NCBI GenBank assembly: GCA_028023455.1
Contig: JAQFVV010000003.1
Span: forward strand, 24,366,001-24,430,000
Length of the DNA: 64,000 bases
Origin: Epiperipatus broadwayi
Taxonomy: Eukaryota > Animalia > Onychophora
Direction of reading: 5' to 3'
The stretch's first letter is position 1. Each line of letters starts with the position of its first letter. Below the pieces are notes generated by a model. That model did not search any database and had not been told where the DNA came from. It saw nothing but the letters and a program-made list of their open reading frames with translations. Made by a program: the position numbers and the translations under genes. Positions 27,395-38,700 of the stretch are shown in pieces.

Positions 27395-27650
27395 ATATCA
27401 CATGATCACCATTTCTTATGCTTGCTCATAACTGTTATTAAAACAGGCAAAACTCACCATACAATAGTGCCACTAAGATCTAGACTCAGATCCAAGACTC
27501 CTCACTGACAAAGGCCACAAGCTAGAAACTAGTCTTGGGATATTGGATGAGTAAGCACTAGATAGGGATTTTATACACAAGTCTTCTGGCATCCATTGTT
27601 TACTCTGGCTTGCACTGAGTAGCATTACTGTATGGAGAGTTTTGCCTATT
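27395..27650 (+). mobile_element. Family A copy with inverted 5' arm; HHR at 27499-27540
   Basis: 27395-27475 is the reverse complement of the family end, then sense sequence CTCCTCACTGACAAAGGCCACAAGCTAGAAACTAGTC... to GAGAGTTTTGCC. TTTTATATCA occurs on both flanks. Confidence 0.9.
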
Positions 27651-27761
27651 TTTATATCATATATTAATTTTCTGGAATATTATATTTTTAAAATAAACTT
27701 CAACTATAGATTAACATTATAGTTTAATGATTGAAAACTCTTTATGGCTATTTATTTGCAG

Positions 27762-27881
27762 GTCAATAGATTGGAAGCAAGATTAAATAGAAGAAAAAAA
27801 CACTGTCTGGATTCTAAAGGTAAAGAGAGATCTAATGGAGAAGAATGGTATCCTGATGATTGTACCACATGCCAGTGTAAG
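27762..27881 (+). CDS. Pxn: Peroxidasin exon: start of the VWC domain
   Basis: TTTGCAG acceptor, AAG|GTATGA donor, phase 0/0. Encodes VNRLEARLNRRKKHCLDSKGKERSNGEEWYPDDCTTCQCK (VWC motif W.PD.C..C.C). Confidence 0.95.
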
Positions 27882-28702
27882 GTATGATCTTATTTTTCTT
27901 TATTCTCAAAATTGAAAAATTTATCATTATAGAAAAATCTGACAATGGACATTTCAGGATTGTTATGCGATATTCACATTTTCAATTCCCTAGGCAGTTG
28001 AATGTGCATAATTATAGAATTAAGTATATCTATGTTAAAATATGAAAATAATTTTATGTGTCTGACAACAAGAAAGCATTAGAAATAATGGACAAATTAT
28101 GTCAAGCATGAAATCTGGATTTCATTGTTTATGTTTTTGCTCCATCTGTTATTGGCTCTATTTCTACATTAATGTAAATACATTATTCTTCTTCCTTTTT
28201 TATTACAATCTCTTGCCTAATTTACATAACTCTATAATTGTACTTTACGCACATGTAAGGAAGCTATGTAGTGCAGTAATTAGTAATCTGAGTGCTTTGG
28301 GGAAATTAAGTTTACATAAATGATTTTGCTTTTGTGAGAATAGGCCAACTCATAAATGAAAGATTCTTTTCTTTCTCATTTAATAATATCCATTCTTATT
28401 AGTTATAAAATGTAGTAACTTCTTGGATTTGAATAAAAATAAAATAAAATTTTTCATGAAAAGAAAAATGAATTTTCTCTGAAATTTAAACTATAAACTT
28501 TTGAATAACTAATAATGTGTTGTTTAGCTTTTTATTACCAGTTATTCTATAAAGAAAACCAACACTGAAAAATTAGACAATATTTCTAAAGAAATTTTGA
28601 TTTGAGAATGTGCAGTTTAAAATATTATGAATAGTAAAGCAACATAAAGAATTTGATTTTTTGTTGAATCCTTAATAAAACCAAGCAAAATAAAACCCTA
28701 TA

Positions 28703-29766
28703 CACCTGGGTCTCTTTTTACGTGGACTTATTTAACATGATTTTGAAGTTACGTGATCTATGTTTCACCGGAAGTCGAACTCCAATAATGCACTATTACT
28801 TTAAATAATAAATTTCTAGAACTTATGTTATATTGAAAGTAATAGAACATTATTGGAATTCGACTTTCATCTTAGTAATTTCAATATTTTCAGTGCTTTA
28901 TAATAGTAAGATTTTATGCAATAATGAAATTAAAATCATGATTTCCACATTTTATGTATACACACATTAAATTTTACAAGATTATAATGTAAATTTGTTC
29001 AAACATTGTGCATGTTAATTTTGCATTTTAAATCACATTCTGTTTTTGCTTTTTAAAAAAGAACATAATCAATTATTAATCATTTAGTGTCCACAAGTTA
29101 ATTTTTAAAAGGTCAGTAATAGCAGTGGGCACAATTAAATTTGACAATTAAAATCTGATTTTTAATTGTAATTAACAATTTAAAAATTACTTACGGTGAC
29201 TTGAAATTAATGTCATGTGAAATTTGATTTTTAAATGGAATTGAAAATTAAAGACAAAAATAAGAATTTAATTTTTAGTTGTTAGTTTCATAAACAATTA
29301 ATAAAATCATCATCTCAAAGATTAATTACTAATTACGTTGTCACCAGAAAACCTATGACACAACATGAGTGTGAAGTTGGCGCTAGTTGTTTGCAAACGA
29401 ACATGTTTTTCGGCAAATAGCTATAATAATTAAAACGTGTATAAAAAATGTAAATTACTGTACTGTAAATTATGCATAAAAATATATTATTTTGAATAAA
29501 ATTAAATATTATAAGTTAAAAAAAGTTTGTCTTGTATCAATTTTTTTCAAATTTGAAATTTTTTATTAGTCATATTTTATTTCCTTATTTTTTTTTTGCG
29601 CGAATTTTAAAGTAATTTTACATTGGTGCTTTGCTTTTACGCGAATTTTAAAAAATCACAGACCGCATCCCCCCTTTTTCAATGTAAGTTATGTCTATTT
29701 TTGCGCAATTTCGTTTGCGCGTGTTTTCTGAGGAACCTATCTATCGCGTAAAACGAGACCCAGGTG
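28703..29766. mobile_element. Tigger/pogo-type MITE, 1064 bp
   Basis: TA|CACCTGGGTCTCTTTTTACGTG ... CGCGTAAAACGAGACCCAGGTG|TA; second copy at 48084-49055. Confidence 0.9.
28770..28870. repeat. Hairpin nested in the MITE
   Basis: GAAGTCGAACTCCAATAATG..CTATTACTTT ... AAAGTAATAG..CATTATTGGAATTCGACTTTC; not seen in the 48-49 kb copy. Confidence 0.75.
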
Positions 29767-29879
29767 TATTCAACTTCACATGGTACTGCAGATATCATTG
29801 TTGTCATAGTAAACATACATGAATGTTTACTGTTTATCAAAATTTAAAAATTAATTTTTTTTTTTTTGATTACATCTTC

Positions 29880-30097
29880 GTACTCCTTGTAGAAATAAAA
29901 TAAACATTTTGTTGATAAAAAAAAATTTAATTTTAAAAAAGAAAATAAGGTTTGGTTTTATTTTAATGAATATTTTAATTTTATTTTTTTTTTTTTTTAT
30001 ATTTTTTTTTTTCTTTTTTAAAATTGTTTATAGAAAAATAAAACCCTTTTTTGTTTTTTTCCCTATTTAAATTAAAATTTATTTTTTTAAAAAAATA

Positions 30098-30142
<45 letters not shown>
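29880..30142. repeat. Low-complexity T/A tract ending in A40 (30103-30142)
   Basis: Almost no G or C over ~260 bp; direct reading. Confidence 0.9.
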
Positions 30143-30145
<3 letters not shown>

Positions 30146-30264
30146 GATATTCTAATATAAGTCATGAGGAAGGCAGAAATGTTATCAAAAATTTCTGCAG
30201 TGATTACTAAATAGAGGTCACTAAAATATATAATGGCTGATCTAGTGTTGTAGCTCCATCTTAG

Positions 30265-30510
30265 AATATTTCAATAGCAAGATAAGAATGAATCAAGTAT
30301 TCCTTATTAGAAAGTTAATTTTTATTTGATTTGAGTTTAAGGCCTTAAGATGTTTCTATAGTAAATAAGAATGAACAGTGCTTCATATCAGAAGGTTAAT
30401 TTTAGAATGTTTCAGTAGTAAATAAGAATGAACAAATACCTCTTGCCAAATGACTAATTTTGTTTTACAAGACTTGAGAGTGTACCAATAGCAAATAAGA
30501 TTGAACAGTA
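30265..30510. repeat. Degenerate minisatellite, 4 units of ~55-85 bp
   Basis: (A/G)TAG(C/T)AAATAAGAATGAA(C/T)-like core repeated four times with irregular spacing. Confidence 0.65.
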
Positions 30511-31275
30511 TTTTTCTATCTTTTGACCAATATTGTTTAAAAATTCTATGAATATAGTTCATGTTATTTTTCCCATTGAAAAAAGGATATTATTAAGTTT
30601 CATGCTGTTATTTTCATCTAATTCAAGATCTTTATTGTTAGAATGCTTTTTCTTTTTACTGTTATCAAATGAATTACTTATGACTTCAAATCTGGATGGT
30701 GATCAAATGGAACCATCAAAAATTTGATGAGCTGCTTTATTTATGCTGTAATGTGATGTTTTATTAATAAAGAAATTTTGATTATTTCGATCATCTGTAA
30801 TTTGTAAGTTGAAAATAATCCTAAAATTATTATTTTCATCTTATAAATAATGAATACATTTTCTGAAATAGTTGAAATATAAATAAATGTATATAACAAA
30901 AATAGTCTCAAGCGAAGTTTGATACATTTTGTTTTTATACATTAATTTATAAAATTGATTACATCCTCAAGATTATGGTAGTACCGCTTAAATGAGTCAT
31001 GGCAGGGCAAAGATCTGCCTCACAAAGGAAGAGTGAAGAAACAATTAATCAGCAGGTTTTAGGGTTCTCGATTTTTGTTTTAAAACATGTAAATAAGAAT
31101 ATTGGGAAACAGACACGTTTTTAAATACCTGAGATTAATGTGAAGTGCTATATTTTTTATAGTTGATCTTAATAAGGGGGGGGGGGGCAACATTCAAAGT
31201 TTAATCATAAAATATTTGAAGAATAATCTATTATCAATTTTTTTTTTTTATATACAATATTTTTATTTATTTCAG

Positions 31276-31368
31276 GATGTCCAAGTTCTCTGCAGAGTTG
31301 AAATTTGTCCTGAACCAAATTGCAGTCATCCAAGTCGTAAATCTGGTTCATGTTGTCCAACCTGCTGA
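31276..31368 (+). CDS. Pxn: Peroxidasin terminal exon: end of the VWC domain plus stop
   Basis: TTTCAG acceptor, phase 0. Encodes DVQVLCRVEICPEPNCSHPSRKSGSCCPTC*, completing the VWC cysteine pattern (CCP.C). Confidence 0.95.
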   Translation, partial: DVQVLCRVEICPEPNCSHPSRKSGSCCPTC

Positions 31369-33010
31369 CATCTTCAGTGAATTTCTTGAATGACAAATAC
31401 TCCAATATATATTAATAGCTTTGCTGTTTTATGAAGTGAAACTTGTTCTAAGATACTCATGTTTTGGGGGTCCACAGAATGGACTCATTATTTAAATTGA
31501 GTTGTATGCCCATGGTCAGGAAAAATAGCGTGGGGGTTGGATTCCATTTTACTTTTATTAAGCATGTATCATGTACTTAATTTTTTTTCTGGTAATAATG
31601 GCGTCATTTTTTTTGCCATTTTAATATTATTATTTTTAAAATGTCTTCCAATTTTGTGGAATATTATAACCACATTAAACATTTTGCCAGAGAGCAAATA
31701 TTTAATTCTTTATGGTGCTGTACTAAATGCAATTATTTATTTTTAGCAATTTAGGTTTTATACTGTGTGTGTATATATATATGCACACACAAGAACATAT
31801 ATGTACGCAAGCGTGTATATAAAACAGTATTATGAGTTTTATTTTTGTAATCGGATGAAAAGTGTAATTGTTTTAAACCGAATGTAAAAATTTGTTTCTT
31901 CATTTAAAAGTAAAATGACCAAAGAAGATTTTTTTATCTGAATTTAGCTGCCAACCTATTTTTTTTTAAAAAAAAAGGAAAGGAAAAAACACTGCCAAAT
32001 TCTATGAATATATAAATGGTATTCCTAATTTTTCTAGGAATATTTTATAATTTGTTGTTGTGATGGTTATTAATCATGATTTAAACGACTAATGCTTTGA
32101 AATATTTAGGTTTTTTTTTCCGTTTTATTGTTGTTTTTAATGTAAAAGTCAATTCCTATTTATATATAACATTTCAGTCCAGGAATTGTTTTTTCTTACC
32201 ACGCATAATGTTTTATAATAAAAAAATAAAAAAAGTGAAAATTTTAATATATTGTTAGTATTTTAGGTATTGTTTATCAATCTATTTCATTTAGTTATTT
32301 ATTTTTTTTAATAAGATGCATATACTGTATATGTTACAAGGAACATTTTACAAGTCGTGATATAATTATCTTGAAAGATATTCTTTCACTGCCATCAGGT
32401 GGACTAGCAATGAATAATTTGCAAACTTCGATATTTTTTTGGATATAATGCATTTATTTGATAATGGAAAAAAGCATTTTTAGTGGTCTTAAATAAAATG
32501 CTATGCAATAAGCAATTTATCAATACAAAAAACACATATTGGTTTGTAAACTTAAGACTACCGCTTTTCTGTCAGCTGCATTATTATATTTAAGCTTAAA
32601 GTGGGAAAAATGTTTCCCTTATTTTATACAGAACACCCTCCCCCCCCCCCCAAAGTAATGTGTTATATTTTTATTAAGTATTCAAATATTCACCTTCTAT
32701 TTGTAAATAATGATCAGTCATATATGTGTGTGTGTGAGTTCTTTTTTTTTTTTTAAAGTCAATGCTAGGGTGGGTGCTATTTTTATTTTACTATGAGTGA
32801 TTTGATATAATGAACTATTTTATAATAATGGCAATTTTGTTTAGAAACAGTAATATCAGAAATCATTTAATACTCCATGTTGAATATTACTACTACTGGA
32901 GGAAGATCCTAAAATGATCTTGGTAATATTTCAAAATCATCGTCATATCTATTGTGCTTTCAAATAATATTTATCTTATTTAATGGTGAATATAATAATA
33001 ATAAAAAAAG
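31369..33010 (+). other. Pxn: Probable Pxn 3' UTR with candidate AATAAA signals (32225, 32492, ~33000)
   Basis: Follows the stop codon and shows no obvious TE. The actual cleavage site cannot be determined. Confidence 0.4.
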
Positions 33011-36000
33011 ATAGATATTACGAAGTTATTTCCATCAGTATAAAGATTGATTAATTTATTTTATATATTTTTATTTCTCAATTATTTTCAAAGATTGTGA
33101 TTCAGATAGAAAATAGAAATGATTTTTAGGATTTGATTTTTTTTTTTTTTTTTACTGATTTGAGAAAAAGACAGTTTAATGAAATGAAAAATTACATATT
33201 ATAAAAATAGCATTTTAAAATTTTCATCAAAAAATTAATTAACTATTTGAATTTCTGTTGTCTTTAAAAATTAGTCCTGTATAAGATAGCAAAAAGATTA
33301 ACTACTAATGCCAAATAAGTTACTTTTTGTATCTTTATATATATGCATGGAAGCTTATAAATTTTTAAATTTATCAACAGATTCAAGGCTTCATTATGAT
33401 TGAACAGAGGAAACTAGTAGGAGTTTTAGGTAACTTTTTAATAAATAAAAATTTATACAATATAAAAATATAATAAAAATAAAATTAACATTCTTTGAGT
33501 TCTTTATCTTTTAAGATTGAAACAATTTTTGGTCAAAATTATTTTTGGTGATTTTATTATCAGCTTTTTGTGGAATAGTTCACTCTAAAGAAGTGAATTC
33601 AAGAACTAAAGGTTCCTGATTCAATCTCAACTGATTAAAGTTTTTTTTTTAAATCTCATTTTGATTTATTGCATGGAAAGCATTATACTCAAACTGCTAT
33701 TGGAGCACATAAAACATCACATGATTTTCCCAACAACTACTGCCACAATAGATATCCTGATAAAAATCTATAATTCATATATATCATAATTAATTTATTT
33801 AGTAACAAGCTCATTTTATAATAGAAAATATCAATTTTATGATTATTTTCATCAATGGTGCTTTTAATTTCCTTGATAGTTTTCACAAAATGTTTCCAGA
33901 CTTATGATTAAACATAGTTTTAGCACAAATCCTAATATAATTTAATTACCAGTAATTTAATTTTTTTAATTCAACAGAAATATCCTAATCTTTTTATTAT
34001 CATTTAAACTTGATCACTGTAATTGCTTAAATACTAAATTACATTCAAGTTGGCTAAAGATTACTATGCTGACCAGTCAGTTGTTTGGGGTGGTGGATAA
34101 TATTATTGGTTAATGTTGTCAAATTTTACCCATTCACAAAATATTTCTTGTGTGCATACTTTCAGAAAGTTATGTTTGTGTATGTACATAATGTGATATT
34201 CTGTCCCATTTTCTCAAAATTTAATGCTTTTGATTATATGATGAAAAGTAAATGTTAATGAATTAAAACGTTAAACAAATCATGATATGGGTAGTACAAA
34301 AACATAAAATTTGTAGTTCTTTATAGTATTTTTTCTGTTTTTACATATTAATGTAAATAAAGCTAGTTTGAATTTTAGGGAGGAAAACATTAATTAATGT
34401 GATTAAAAAAAAAGTAATTTATATATAAACTAACTCTTTATATTGTGTTTTTTAATTATTATTATTAACAGTAAAAAAAAAAAAACAACAACTATAAACT
34501 ACCACTGCCCCAAAAATAAAAATTAAATCTTTACAAGACATTTTTACAAATTATTCTTTAAGTTCATATGTGTGTATAGATAAATGTATGTTTACATATA
34601 TGTAAATAATGAATTCAAAATACTAAATTGTAAAATAATTTATATTAGTAATTTGCATTTTATAACAAAATATAATATATATGTGTGTATCCAAATTGTT
34701 TTCTTTAATAGAAAACTATATTATGAGAACAATTATGGATAATAAAAATATGTATTGCTTATTGTAAATTACAGCCAGGCAAATTAGGTATTAAATCACT
34801 CTAGAGAATGGACACTAGGTAATAGTTGAGAGCTGCATATCAACTCATATCTTTATTGTTATAGCAGCATATGTAAACTAAAGTCATGTGATGGAGTCAT
34901 GTGATAGTTTGTTTTTTCAAAATTTCATAGCTATGAGGAAATGTATTAGCTTCTACTCTATTCTTTCATACTGCCACTGTGGCATTTAGTAATTCTTTCA
35001 ATTTTTCTATAATCTTTTTTCACTTTCTTTTCACATATTTCTAGCTTTGATCTTCTAATTTATTCTTCTCATTTCCTCCAAAATCTACCTCCTAAAGCTC
35101 TCACTCTTTTTCTAATTGTCCCTATCTCTACTCAAAATAAAACAGACTAACTTTTAGTTTAAATTCTATTTAGACATTATTTATATTAATATTTTTTTAA
35201 CCAAAAACTCAAGTGATCATACAGGAAGTACAGTTAAAACTGAAATAATCAAGACTACTTGACTGGATTCTTTAAGAAAGATGGAATTGTTCAGATAACT
35301 ACATGATTTCTTTAATAAATTTGTAATCTGGTCTATGTATGCCCATACATATATCAATACACATCAAAGTGTAGTACAAATTCGTACAGATTAATAATGT
35401 ATTTTTAAATAAAATATTTTCAAATGTCTTGTAAGTTGCTTTAAAACTTTTGATTAAATGTTTTGATTTTTTTTTTATATTTTTATTATGAGATTTTTGG
35501 ACCATGAGTAATCTGCAAAGTTTAATCTATTACTGTTTGATATTAAACTTTTTTTTTTTTTGTAAAGAATAACTCAAACATTTATCATTTAATCAATAAA
35601 CTCTGAAGGTGTAATTATAAAAGAGTATTCCATTTAAAATAATCTGTAACAATAAGAAATGTAATCTCATATTTTGTCTGATGTATAAACTTGTATATTT
35701 TGTTTAGTTATTATTAAATATTGACTTTATTTGAACAAGATTGGGTCTTTTTTTATAAGAAACATATCAACGAAAGAAGTTCACAGTCCAGTGTGGAAAT
35801 AATATTTAACATACTAGTGCTAGAATTCAAACATATATAAACTAGTTGTTGTCATTGCTTCACTCATATTAGTAGAATAAAATAATATAATGCTATGATT
35901 AGTTATACTACTTAATAATCAATTTTTAGGATTTTAGTTTAAATATATTTTTTACATGATAAACTAATTAGTATCATTAAATATTAAACATACACTCTAA

Positions 36001-36389
36001 TCCAAGCCATATCAAAATATAAAATATGTAATAAAGTTGATTAATTACAAATAAAAATCATTTGTAAGTAATAATTAGTTTCATGCAATGTGTTTCTGCT
36101 ATTTAGAAGTTGTAATATATTTAAAAATGAGTTGTTATTAAACTTCTTTTTTTAATTCTAAATAATTTCATGTAGTATAACAGTAGTACAAATATAAAAG
36201 AAATAAAACTTCAATGTGGATTTTTTTCAATGCAATGAGAAACAGTTGAAATGAAGAACACAAAAAATTGTTGACTGCTAATTTACTTTCACTTTTTCAT
36301 CCATTTTTCTCTACAGTAAAAAATTTCTTTTTTTTTCCTAGCAATCTATTAAAAGTTTATAGTTACATACATTTTCAACTAGAATCATG

Positions 36390-36960
36390 GCAGCAACTAA
36401 TATGATCATGAAAAAATAAAGAAAATTTCAGCTTGGAAACCAAAATGGGTATCTTACATTATCTGGAATAAAGAAGGAAAAAATCTGAGATCTGATTTAT
36501 GGGTTTATTCATGTTTACCACCATTATCACTTTTAAAAACAAAAGATAAAATAGAACAAAGTGCTCAAACCATCATAGGCACATCCAAATATTCCAAAAT
36601 CATGAAATTACAGCATCCCACAAAAAATTAAGATGCATGTCAACCACATTGTAAACTTTCTCCAGAGATCCTCCACCATCAATATCTGGTGCACCTCCAA
36701 AAAACCAAGATCAAAGTATTTAGAAGTCAACAATGGATCTTCAACAAAATAGAACAAAGTGCTTAAATCATAGGTGCATCCAAATATTCCAAAATTATGA
36801 AAATTACAGCATCACACATAAAAAGAAAATCCAAGAAGCATGTCAACCACACTATAAACTTTCTCGAGTCATCAATATCTGGTGCACCTCCTAAAAAACC
36901 AAGATCATCAAAGGATTTAGAAGTTAATAATGGACTTTCAAATGAGCAATTGATAACTCG
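36390..36960 (+). pseudogene. Tigger-like HTH_psq remnant followed by a ~198-bp tandem duplication
   Basis: ..FSLETKMGILHYLE..TIITFKNKDKIEQSAQ resembles the 'SLETK.EII..LE...STILKNKDKI' pattern. Repeat units lie at 36548-36745 and 36746-36942. Confidence 0.6.
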
Positions 36961-37129
36961 GAAAACTAAATAATTGTGATAGATGTTAAGAAAGAACATC
37001 TTTAAGCTAAGTGTTTTTTGCATAGATTTAAGTTGCATTATCATACATATATCTATATAATACACTTAGCATACTTTACACAAACATATAATGTACACTA
37101 GATTTTTTTAATTACTGTATATACTAGGT

Positions 37130-37526
37130 CAGGGGTCCCCAACCCTATGCCCGCGGGCACCATGGCGCCCGCAGACCATTTTACATGTGCCCACCGCTCT
37201 CCTAACACGATAAAAAATTATTTATCTGATACAAATAAATTTAGTTTTTAAAATTTCTTATAAATTATTATATTATATTGTAATCAAATTGTAGGGCATA
37301 CTATACTTTTACAGCGTAAAAATATAAACGTTAATTAGATGTTAATATTTTATTTTTGAAATAAATATTTTTTTGTACATTGTGTATTATTAACAATATC
37401 CAACTATAAATTTACATTGAAAAAATAAATGATGCCCGACATCTGGTTGAAACAAATAAATGGTGCCCACCACCTGGCCGATATTATAGAATGTGCGCTT
37501 AAGTGCAAAAAGGTTGGGGACTCCTG
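37130..37526. mobile_element. hAT (Charlie-like) MITE with perfect 8-bp TSD
   Basis: TACTAGGT|CAGGGGTCCCCAACC ... GGTTGGGGACTCCTG|TACTAGGT. Confidence 0.95.
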
Positions 37527-37578
37527 TACTAGGTTAAGTTGTTTGTTTACAACTTATAATGCAATTTTTATCTGGAGT

Positions 37579-37724
37579 AACCAGCCAAATATTTTTCCAT
37601 AGACAACCATTATAACTTCTTGTTTCTTATATGATATTCTTGCTTAACAATAACCAGCCAAATATTTTTCCATAGACAACCATTATAACTTCTTGTTTCT
37701 TATATGATATTCTTGCTTAACAAT
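37579..37724. repeat. Perfect tandem duplication, 2 x 73 bp
   Basis: AACCAGCCAAATATTTTTCC...CTTGCTTAACAAT repeated with no difference seen. Confidence 0.95.
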
Positions 37725-37989
37725 GAGATTTGGAGAACTAATTGTCTTCACCAAGTGGGATAAAAGTTTGTATATATATTATTTTACTTAATGAAGGTTA
37801 ATACTTTAAAATTAGGCAAATACACCATTTAAAATTTACTTTATCATGTGAGAATATATTTAGAGGAAAAAGTTAAAAGGTTATCAAATTCAGTAATTTT
37901 TTTCTTGCTATACCTGTGGAATGTTAAAATTTATTTTTTCACATGTTAAATATATTTAAACTGAAATCCTAAAAATGTATCAAATTTAT

Positions 37990-38700
37990 TTTTGTAAATC
38001 TATTATTAAGTGCTGAAAACATGCAGAAGGAAATTAACCTCCAATCATATGCTGTTTTCATAACTATTATAAATTATGCACTCACCCATCAGTAAGAATC
38101 TTAAAAGCTTAAGCAAATTACTTAAGCTTAAAGCATTTTCATATATACACTAAATCTTACTGACTGTGTTTATATCAGGCTTTGAGTCTATTGTGTGCCT
38201 GATGTCATAATCAAATTGTACAAATTTTGTTAATCTATCACAGGAGAGTTATTTTTAACCATTCTAAAATGTAAATCTATTAAGTACTGACAAATATGTA
38301 ATTGTGAGTGATTATGTTCAGGTTTTGGGTATGGAGATTTATAATAGTTATGAAAACTGCATGATCAGAGGTTAAATTCCTTCTGCACAATTACTGATTT
38401 TTCAGTGCTTAATTAATAGTAGATTTACATTTATTCATAATTAATATACATCTAATTGCAGGTGGGTAAAAAGAACTTTTTTGTATGATGAGTTAACTAA
38501 ATTTTAAAATTCAATTATCAATTATAACATCAGGCACATAATAGACTCAAACCCTGATATAAGGTTTGGTGTATATATAAATCCACTTTAAGTTTAAGTG
38601 ATTCACTTAAGCTTTTAAAACTCTTACTGATGGATGAGTGTGTGAAGATTTATACATTACGAAAACTGCATGATCTGAGATTAATTTCCTTTTGCACAAT
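37990..38700. repeat. Compound inverted repeat (A-B ... A'-B'-A')
   Basis: ~37995-38075 is inverted at ~38340-38430 and partly again at ~38650-38700; ~38076-38220 is inverted at ~38520-38645. Confidence 0.8.

Noticed and set aside
29880-30142. A40 tract as the tail of a retrocopy
   Set aside because: No element body or TSD upstream; the surrounding homopolymer-rich sequence looks like low-complexity or low-quality sequence.
30265-30510. Repeat-spacer pattern resembling a CRISPR array
   Set aside because: Repeats are degenerate, spacers are related to one another and irregular, the context is a eukaryotic intron, and there are no cas genes.
36763-37065. 100-aa minus-strand ORF
   Set aside because: Antisense to a duplicated Tigger-derived remnant, with no splice context or recognisable domain.
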